Below, piece after piece: positions 11,030 to 18,915 of a stretch of 64,000 bases of DNA (its first letter is position 1; every line of letters starts with the position of its first letter). Below the pieces are notes generated by a model. The model made no database searches, had not been told where the DNA came from, and saw nothing but the letters and a program-made list of their open reading frames with translations. Origin of the DNA: Podarcis filfolensis (Eukaryota); NCBI GenBank assembly GCA_964270895.1, contig OZ185435.1; one strand, 5' to 3'. Both the position numbers and the translations under genes were made by a program.

Positions 11030-12619
11030 CCATGGGAAAATTATGGTGGCTGCCATTTCCCACCAAGGAATTCCCTCCCCATGATACTATGCTATCACAT
11101 AGCGTCTTGCTGAGGGGATGTTTGGGAGTTGCCATCAGCCACTGGGAAGCGTGTTTCATTCCCAAACATACCCCCGGTGACCCAGCTTAGCTGACTGCAA
11201 ATGGGTAGTGAAATTAAGGGGGAGCATTCCAGATCAACTTTAAGCAATTCTAATCTACGGCTTCCTTGATGCCACAACTCCTCTCAACTCTGCTTGAAAA
11301 GGGCTCTCTTCCTTACTGTTCTTCCTAGGGTGAGGTTGTTTCTGAGTTGATGGCTTTTCACATACATTTCATGAAATGTACAGTAGCGACACTACTCCTT
11401 CGTAATACTTAAGGTGTGATCAGTCCAGCACAGCTACCCTAAGTACAGTGTAAGTAGAATGATGCGATTTGTCCCTAATTTGGATTTGACTGCTTGTGAT
11501 GACTCTTTTAAAGCTCTTCTTCATAAAAGGAAGACATCTTTGTGGGCTTTTTTTTACACCGTTAACTAAATATACTGTATTTCTCATTACAAATGCCTTT
11601 TACTTGGTGTACACACGTCAGCTTTGCTTGACACTGTTGAGAGTGTTAACTGTTTTGAGGTGGCTGAGAAATTATGTGAAAACTCTGAATTATGTGTGGC
11701 TGTTCCTGCCTTGTGGCAGAGAGATGGTACTAGAAGGATGGGTACTCTGATTCTGATACATGATCATCAGATCTTAAGCATCCATGGGCACCTGGTTATT
11801 AGTGTGAAAACCATCCTGGCCTTTCCCCACACTATAAATACATCACTGAGGTGAACTATAAATAAAACCAGCTGAATGAGATCTGATTCATGAAGAAGCT
11901 ATGAAGAGCAATGTGGTCCATGAGCTCAAGTGCAGGAAACCTAAACCCTAATGCATATTTCCTAAAAGAGAAGTGTGCAGAATCAGTGCTGTAACTAACC
12001 ATTGCTGCACCTGGTACAAACCATATATTGTGTGCCCCTGCCCACTATGGATGACTGTTTAAATTTGAACCATAGCTTTTGAATTAGAATGAAGTAAGAA
12101 ATGTCACAATAAGTGGCGCCTGGTAACATGTTGACTTGGTAAGGCTGCAAGTTTTAACTTTGCTGTTTTCATCACAGTAGGACTTGCACAGCACTTATTG
12201 AGGAAAGTGTGCCAGTACTCATGCGCAGAGTGCCACTTTCACTTCACTTTAAAAACACACACACCCTCCATCAATTATTCTATGCACATCTATGGACAAA
12301 GAAAGAAGTTCCATGCAAGAGGGCTCAACTTTGATTTTCAGGCAAGATTGACTCCATTTCTCTTATTTAGAAATTAAGCCATACCATGTGACATGGGTTT
12401 TCCAATTCATGTATTGATTACACCTAAAACTGCATTGCCAAAAATCTAAACAAGCACACAAACTTTAAAAATGTGAGTTGCACTGGCATGGAGTTGCACA
12501 AGCTTTCCTTACCCAAGAAGCTGCTTCCTCCTCCCCCAGCCTCCCCTCCTGGAGGCAGATTCTCTCTCCTTCTCCATCCTCTGAGCTAGTTTGAGTCAGG
12601 GGGGGAAGTTTAACTATTG

Positions 12620-12850
12620 TTATATATTTATTTATACTCTGCCTCCCCCCCCCAACAGAGACTCAAGGCAGCTTGCAGATAAAAATGAGAACACCTAAAA
12701 GCATGGGGGGAGGGAAATAATTAAAATATAATTAAACATTGATAGAATTAAAAGTATATATTCTTTGCTGTTCAACAACTTCTTCCTCCTCCCCCTATGA
12801 TGATGATGATGCCCTGCCCTTTCTGCTGACAGGGACCCAAGGCGGCTTAC
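12620..12850 (-). mobile_element. Two short L2-type 3' tail remnants
   Basis: 'tttatactctgcctccccc...gactcaaggcagcttgca' and 'gccctgccctttctg...gggacccaaggcggcttaca' resemble LINE2 3' tails. Confidence 0.45.
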
Positions 12851-13064
12851 AGAAAGAAATGAGAACAACTAAAAACATGGGGGGGGGGATCATTTATAAA
12901 CAGTTAAACATTAATAGAATTAAAACTATCTCTATATAGGATCTATTAAAAGCATACAGATAACTACCACAAAAACAGCGCAGCACCAGCCCTTTCATTA
13001 GAAGCAGTCAGTTACCAAAATCCTGTTGCAACAAGAAGGACAACAAGGATAACTCTCTTGCTGG

Positions 13065-13100
<36 letters not shown>

Positions 13101-14702
13101 TATTTGTACCCCGCCCATCTGGCTGGGTTTCCCCAGCCACTCTGGGCGGCTTCCAACAAAGATGAAAAATACACTAAAATGTCACATATTAAAAACTTCC
13201 CTGAACAGGGCTGCCTTCAGATGTCTTCTGAATGTCAGGTAGTTGTTTATCGCTTTGACATCTGATGGGAGGGCGTTCCACAGGGCGGGCGCCACTACCG
13301 AGAAGGCCCTCTGCCTGGTTCCCTGTAACTTGGCCTCTCGCAGTGAGGGAACCACCAGAAGGCCCTCGGAGCTGGACCTCAGTGTCCGGGCAGAACGATG
13401 GGGGAGGAGACACTCCTTCAGATATACTGGACCGAGGCCGTTTAGGGCTTTAAAGGTCAGCACCAACACTTTGAATTGTGCTCGGAAACGTACTGGGAGC
13501 CAATGTAGGTCTTTCAAGACCGGTGTTATATGGTCTCGGTGGCTGCTCCCAGTCACCAGTCTAGCTGCCGCATTCTGGATTAGTTGTAGTTTCTGGGTCA
13601 CCTTCAAAGGTAGCCCCACGTAGAGCGCATTGCAGTAGTCCAAGCGGGAGATAACCAGAGCATGTACCACTCTGGCGAGACAGTCTGCAGGCAGATAGGG
13701 CCTCAGCCTATGTACCAGATGGAGCTGGTAAACAGCTGCCCTGGATACAGATTTGACCTGTGCCTCCATGGACAGCTGTGAGTCCAAAATGACTCCCAGG
13801 CTGCGCACCTGGTCCTTCAGGGGCACAGTTACCCCATTTAGGACCAGGGAATCCTCCACACCTGTCCGCCTCCTGTCCCCCAAAAACAGTACTTCTGTCT
13901 TGTCAGGATTCAGCCTCAATCTGTTAGCCGCCATCCATCCTCCAACCGCCTCCAGACACTCACACAGGATCTTCACCACCTTCACTGGTTCTGATTTAGA
14001 AGAGAGGTAGAGCTGGGTATCATCCGCATACTGATGAACACCCAGCCCAAACCTCCTGATGATCTCTCCCAGTGGCTGCATGTAAATGTTGAAAAGCATG
14101 GGGGAGAGGACAGAACCCTGAGGCACCCCACAAGTGAGAGCCCAGGGGTCTGAACACTCATCCCCCACCACCACTTTCTGAACACGGCCCGTGAGGAAGG
14201 AGCGGAACCACTGTATGACAGTGCCCCCAGCTCCCAGCCCCTCAAGACGGTCCAGAAGGATGTTATGGTCGATGGTATCAAATGCCGCTGAGAGATCCAG
14301 CAGAACTAGGAAACAGCTCTCACCTTTGTCCCTAGCCCGCCGGAGATCATCAACCAGTGCGACCAAGGCAGTTTCAGTCCCATGATGAGGCCTGAATCCC
14401 GACTGGAAGGGATCCAAATGGTCTGCTTCTTCCAGGCGCGCCTGGAGTTGTTCAGCAACCACTCGCTCAATCACCTTGCCCAAGAATGGAAGATTTGAGA
14501 CTGGGCGATAATTGGCCATCGTGGCCGCATCTAAAGATGGTTTTTTAAGAAGCGGTTTAATAACCGCCTCTTTCAGCGGGTCTGGGAAGGCTCCCTCACG
14601 GAGGGAAGCATTCACCACCCCACGAAGCCCATCGCCCAGTCCTTCCTGGCTAGCTTTTATAAGCCAGGATGGGCAAGGATCCAGGAGACAGGTGGTTGGC
14701 TT
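13065..14702 (-). mobile_element. Young L2 LINE, 3' portion (downstream of the Copia insertion)
   Basis: RT-coding frame, 3' UTR and (TAA)12 tail at 13065-13100; continues at 18233-18915 on the far side of the LTR element. Confidence 0.95.
13182..14702 (-). CDS. L2 ORF2 reverse transcriptase domain and C-terminus, uninterrupted
   Basis: NYRPVSNLPFLGKVIE, FQSGFR, LLDLSAAFDTIDH, GVPQGSVLSP, YADD, LGVILD, LHWLPV; no stops. The track start at 14795 is a TTG inside the LTR; the first ATG is at 14519. Confidence 0.9.
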   Translation of the reverse strand, partial: KPTTCLLDPCPSWLIKASQEGLGDGLRGVVNASLREGAFPDPLKEAVIKPLLKKPSLDAATMANYRPVSNLPFLGKVIERVVAEQLQARLEEADHLDPFQSGFRPHHGTETALVALVDDLRRARDKGESCFLVLLDLSAAFDTIDHNILLDRLEGLGAGGTVIQWFRSFLTGRVQKVVVGDECSDPWALTCGVPQGSVLSPMLFNIYMQPLGEIIRRFGLGVHQYADDTQLYLSSKSEPVKVVKILCECLEAVGGWMAANRLRLNPDKTEVLFLGDRRRTGVEDSLVLNGVTVPLKDQVRSLGVILDSQLSMEAQVKSVSRAAVYQLHLVHRLRPYLPADCLARVVHALVISRLDYCNALYVGLPLKVTQKLQLIQNAAARLVTGSSHRDHITPVLKDLHWLPVRFRAQFKVLVLTFKALNGLGPVYLKECLLPHRSARTLRSSSEGLLVVPSLREAKLQGTRQRAFSVVAPALWNALPSDVKAINNYLTFRRHLKAALFREVFNM

Positions 14703-14994
14703 TTTGGTGAAATTGACTGGCAGCTTCGCTTGCCCCCGGAGCCCACACGCTTCCTCTGCGTGCCTCTGTTCCCTCTGGGCAGCTTCCAGCTGCAATGTAG
14801 CAGAGCGTAGTACACAGCGGTAGAAGCAAAAGCAGTAAAAGCAGTAAGCCGAGTGTGCGTAATAAATCAGGCCGGACGCTCGGTGTCCTCCTTATCTTAC
14901 AAATAGCTTTATTCCCGTAGAAAAACAACAGATCGTAACTTTCCCGGTGACATGGAACTCATCTTCGCTGCGCTCCTTGAGCGGACAAGAAACA

Positions 14995-15037
<43 letters not shown>

Positions 15038-15139
15038 AGAGACACAGTAGAACACTCCCCTTCAGTGTTCTATGCCCGCCTCTGAATGTGAGACGTCACT
15101 CAGAACTTCTTAACCCTGTAAGTTCTGACTCTCTCCATA
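14703..15139 (-). repeat. 3' LTR of the Copia-type element (437 bp)
   Basis: Direct repeat of 17816-18232; AATAAA on the minus strand at 14908-14913; 39-nt CT tract. Confidence 0.95.
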
Positions 15140-17613
15140 CCCCCTCTCGTATCACATTCTGAGAGGACTTGTGAACACACACTTACAGACCTCTGTGTGT
15201 TCCACACCTTCCCACCTGCCTGTTGAGCCTCCTCACAAATCTCAGGTTCGCACTGTGCGAGACCAACCCATGCATTTGTGAAACCTTGAAACCTCTCAGG
15301 TGGAATTCCCTTTGTTGCCCGAGATGACCGCCTGGGCACAAACTGGGGTGCTTCTTCTGACCCACTGGGGCCAGCAAGTGCGTCTTTTTCATCAGACGAC
15401 TCCCCCTCTGACTTGACCTGTCTGTGAGCTTTCTCCTTTATTCTAACAGGAGATGACGGCTCACTCTTGGACACTCCTTTAACAACCTGTGGAGACGCCT
15501 CCCCCTGGTGCTGACCCTGATCATCGATCAGGTCACCATTACCTGGCTCTCCCTCCTCCTCAGATTCAGACAGACAATCTGAGAGAACGTCATGGCTCAC
15601 TTTGCGCCTTGCCCTACTTTCCTGTTGCTCATGGAACTCAGCATGTTTACTGATCAGAAGCTTGGTCTGCTCACCTTCTGGGTATGCAAATCTCCACCCC
15701 TTCGTAGCAGGTTCATACCCACAGAAGATCATTTCCTGGTACCTTGGACCACCCTCTTGCTGCAGACACTTTGGTACAGGCACCAAGGCTCTGCAACCAA
15801 ACGAACGGAAGAAATGCACCTGCAGCCTCTGTCCGTTGAGCAAGAAATACGGGGTGTCACCTACCACTGAATTGTAGCACCTGTTCATCGTGAAATTGGC
15901 CGTCTTTACTGCCTCCCCCCAGAAACTGTGAGGCAAACCAGAGTCACACAGTAATACCTCTGATGCTTGAACCAGAGCTTTACTCCTCAGCTCTGCCACG
16001 CCACTCTCCTGAGGCGAAGTCACCTTGTGACATATCCCCCTCTGGCGAAAGAAACTCTTTAGAGCAGACCCAGTGACCTCTGAACCTCGGTCACACTTGA
16101 ACCCCTTCACCTTGGTGGAGAACCTTAGTTCCACTTCCACAACCCAATCCTTGATTAGTTGCGTTGCGTCCTCCTGCGTTCTCAGCGAGAATGCCCAAGA
16201 GTTCTGAGTGAAATCATCTGTCAGTGTCAGCAGAAACCTGGCTTTGCCCAGACTTGGCTGAGGCATAGGCCCAAACAGGTCTGCGTGCACAAGCTCAAAA
16301 GGCTTTGTGGTTACTCTCTCCACCCTGGGATAACTGTATCCCTTGGTCTTGGCTTTCCTGCAAGCCCTGCAATTTAGAGTTTCACCACATTCTCTTACCT
16401 TGCACCCTTTGGTGCACTCTGATAACATCTGAACGTCCTCACAAGACCCATGTGCCAATCTCTTGTGCCACACGCACGCACATGAAACATGAGTGTGAAT
16501 GGTAGCTTTCCCAGCATTCCCCACTCCCTCCAGAGGTGTTTCTAGAACAAAGAGGTTGTTCTGATTTTTCTCAACACGTACCAGCTGCTTCCCCCCTCTG
16601 GAAATTGTACAGACATTGTTCTCAAAACAAACCATATACCCCTCCTGTAAAAGACATGGTACAGATAAAAGACAACATTTCAGTCCTGGCGACACGTAGA
16701 CTTCCAGCTGCGCCTGCAAGAAAGAAACAAAAACATTCCCAACTTTGGTTACTTGTCTCTGTGACCCATCAGCAAAACACACTGATTTCCCAGCTGAAAC
16801 AGCTCTGCAGTTCTTTATCTGGACACCAGGTGTCTCAGGCACGAGATGTCTATTTGCAGCAGAGTCTACTATCCAACACAGCACTCTGTCCTTTGTTGCC
16901 TTAGCAACAGACTTCCCTCTGCCCCCTTCCTTGGGGCCTTTGCAGGTGCTGCTCTCCAAAACAGCCATCGAAGCAGACAGCTGATAAGCACCTTCTTCCC
17001 CCTCTGATCGCCCCTGCGCCTTCCCACGCCGGCCTCTTCTGCCGGGCTGGTTGCCATGGAAACCTGGCTGGTTCCCATGGGAAATGTCCTTGGCAGCATC
17101 CTGCCCTTTCTCTCTCTGTGGACAGCATCGGCGCAGATGGTCAGGGGAACCGCAAACATAACAACGACGAGCGGAAAACTTTACAAAGTGGCCTTTGGAC
17201 TTCTGTGCCCCCCCACTCTTGCCAGCAGCTCTCCTTGAGGCTTTTCTGCACTTGGGGATGTGGCCTTTGGCTTCCAGCTCCTGCCAAACAGCCTGGGCAC
17301 TCTCAAGACCCTTGGACTGGCCTATCTGGCCTGCACCACCAATCCTGGGTGCACAGCTTCCAGAGGAACGGACTGCTCCTGCCTTCCTCTTCCCAGCTCT
17401 CAGCCGCTTTCCAGCACACGGCCCATCTCTCTGGCGTGTTGAAGCATTGCATCGGCTTCCAAACACAGCTCCAGCCCCCACTGGGCTCTCTGGGCGTCGT
17501 CTAGCCCCCTCTGGTCTGGCTCCCACTTCCTTCAGTGCCTGCCACGCGACCCAGGGCTCCTTCCCGTCCACCTCTTCAAAAGGGACTGCACACGATTCAT
17601 GGCCGTCTGCCAT
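15100..17613 (-). CDS. 837-aa Gag-protease-integrase polyprotein without RT/RH
   Basis: True ATG in strong context (AAGATGG). Zn knuckle CYVCGSPDHLRRC; protease-like WIVDSAANRH; HHCC (WHKRLAH...CRAC); DDE integrase (VHADLFGP, KCDRGSE, GVAE); RRSSR motif; only a stub of the RT start (EPEICEEA) before the PPT; stop lies 40 nt inside the LTR. Confidence 0.88.
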   Translation of the reverse strand: MADGHESCAVPFEEVDGKEPWVAWQALKEVGARPEGARRRPESPVGAGAVFGSRCNASTRQRDGPCAGKRLRAGKRKAGAVRSSGSCAPRIGGAGQIGQSKGLESAQAVWQELEAKGHIPKCRKASRRAAGKSGGAQKSKGHFVKFSARRCYVCGSPDHLRRCCPQREKGQDAAKDISHGNQPGFHGNQPGRRGRRGKAQGRSEGEEGAYQLSASMAVLESSTCKGPKEGGRGKSVAKATKDRVLCWIVDSAANRHLVPETPGVQIKNCRAVSAGKSVCFADGSQRQVTKVGNVFVSFLQAQLEVYVSPGLKCCLLSVPCLLQEGYMVCFENNVCTISRGGKQLVRVEKNQNNLFVLETPLEGVGNAGKATIHTHVSCACVWHKRLAHGSCEDVQMLSECTKGCKVRECGETLNCRACRKAKTKGYSYPRVERVTTKPFELVHADLFGPMPQPSLGKARFLLTLTDDFTQNSWAFSLRTQEDATQLIKDWVVEVELRFSTKVKGFKCDRGSEVTGSALKSFFRQRGICHKVTSPQESGVAELRSKALVQASEVLLCDSGLPHSFWGEAVKTANFTMNRCYNSVVGDTPYFLLNGQRLQVHFFRSFGCRALVPVPKCLQQEGGPRYQEMIFCGYEPATKGWRFAYPEGEQTKLLISKHAEFHEQQESRARRKVSHDVLSDCLSESEEEGEPGNGDLIDDQGQHQGEASPQVVKGVSKSEPSSPVRIKEKAHRQVKSEGESSDEKDALAGPSGSEEAPQFVPRRSSRATKGIPPERFQGFTNAWVGLAQCEPEICEEAQQAGGKVWNTQRSVSVCSQVLSECDTRGGMERVRTYRVKKF
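15140..15148 (-). promoter_or_regulatory. Polypurine tract
   Basis: GAGAGGGGG immediately 5' of the 3' LTR on the minus strand. Confidence 0.85.
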
Positions 17614-17807
17614 CTTCTCCCCCGGGGCCCAGCTTACTTACGAACAGTAGTAGCTTCTTCACGCACCCGGTTCTGGCACAGCTCCTCCCAGCGAGCTCCC
17701 TGCCTCACGTTAGGCACCGCTCCCAGCTGGTTTCAGCTTCTCCAGCGTCATGGCTTTCAGCACACACCGGCACGGACTTGGCTTGCTTCACGGCGTCAGC
17801 TGACCTT

Positions 17808-17815
17808 CCATAACC
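17808..17815 (-). promoter_or_regulatory. Partial primer-binding site (tRNAiMet half-molecule type)
   Basis: GGTTATGG directly after the 5' LTR equals the first 8 nt of the copia PBS GGTTATGGGCCCAG, then diverges (AAGGTCAG). Confidence 0.65.
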
Positions 17816-18232
17816 TTTGGTGAAATTGACTGGCAGCTTCGCTTGCCCCCGGAGCCCACACGCTTCCTCTGCGTGCCTCTGTTCCCTCTGGGTAGCTTCC
17901 AGCTGCAATGTAGCAGAGCGTAGTACACAGCGGTAGAAGCAAAAGCAGTAAAAGCAGTAAGCCGAGTGTGCATAATAAATCAGGCCGGACGCTCGGTGTC
18001 CTCCTTATCTTACAAATAGCTTTATTCCCGTAGAAAAACAACAGATCGTAACTTTCCCGGTGACATGGAACTCATCTTCGCTGCGCTCCTTGAGCGGACA
18101 AGAAACAGACTCTCTCTCTCTCTCTCTCAGAGAGACACAGTAGAACACTCCCCTTCAGTGTTCTATGCCCGCCTCTGAATGTGAGACGTCACTCAGAACT
18201 TCTTAACCCTGTAAGTTCTGACTCTCTCCATA
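17816..18232 (-). repeat. 5' LTR of the Copia-type element (417 bp)
   Basis: Differs from the 3' LTR by two substitutions and a CT tract 20 nt shorter. Confidence 0.95.
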
Positions 18233-18915
18233 GGCTTCACTTGTCCAAGCAGCCTGTCCACATCCTCGGAGGTAACAGATTGGAATTGATCCCACACAAC
18301 TTGACTAGACAGGACTCTAGCACTCTCCCACCCTGGCCCTGCTCCCACGGTGGAGTCTACTTCTTCCCGAATCTGAGCGATTTTATCTGCAAAAAACTTT
18401 GCAAAATCATTGCAGGAGATCATGTGGCCCGTACTGGGCCACGATGTCGCAGGTGGTTCCGCTAAATTGTGAACCACCTGAAAAAGTCTCCTGCTGCTGT
18501 TTTCTGCAGATGCAATAGAGGCGGCGAAGAAAGTCTTCTTCGCCGTCGCTATCACCACTTGGTAGGCTCGACGTTGAGCTCTAACCTGTGTCCGGTCAGA
18601 TTCGGAATGAGTTATCCGCCACCGGCGCTCTAGCCGTCTCAACGATTGTTTTATTGCCCTCAGATCCGTGGAAAACCACGGGGCTGTCCGGGCTCCATGC
18701 AATCGGAGAGGGCGCTTCGGAGCCAAACAGTCAATAGCCCTGGTTAACTCCACATTCCAGCGGGCCACCAGGGAATTGGCTGAAAGGCCATCAACATGGG
18801 ATAAAGCATCCCCTACCACTCTCTGGAAACCATTTGGATCCATTAAGTGGCGGGGGCGGACCATCCGAATCAGTCCCACCTCCCTGCAGAGGGGATGGGT
18901 CGCAGAGAAGTCCAG
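18233..18915 (-). mobile_element. Young L2 LINE, 5' portion (5'-truncated, no endonuclease)
   Basis: Open frame 'LDFSATHPLCREVG...CLAPKRPLR...APWF...NDFAKFFADKIAQIR...DRLLGQVKP' rejoins 'TTCLLDPCPSWL' once the insertion and one TSD copy are removed. The 5' boundary is approximate. Confidence 0.9.

Larger units (their letters stand above)
14703..18232 (-). mobile_element. Non-autonomous Ty1/copia-type LTR retrotransposon (3530 bp) lacking RT and RNase H
   Basis: Two near-identical LTRs; 5-bp TSD (GGCTT at 14698-14702 and 18233-18237); PBS-like and PPT sites; gag-PR-IN domain order typical of Copia. Confidence 0.93.

Noticed and set aside
14703-14795. ORF-track N-terminus MQLEAAQREQ... on the L2 RT as a natural fusion-protein start
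   Set aside because: The 'M' is a TTG inside the LTR and there is no in-frame ATG in the LTR. It is kept only as a frame-continuity observation.
13243-14823. Plus-strand ORFs over the L2 (and similar ones at 8082-8459 and 56651-56900)
   Set aside because: They are antisense shadows of L2 ORF2.
15183-17973. Many overlapping or antisense ORFs across the Copia element
   Set aside because: They are shadows of a GC-rich coding frame and show no recognisable domains.
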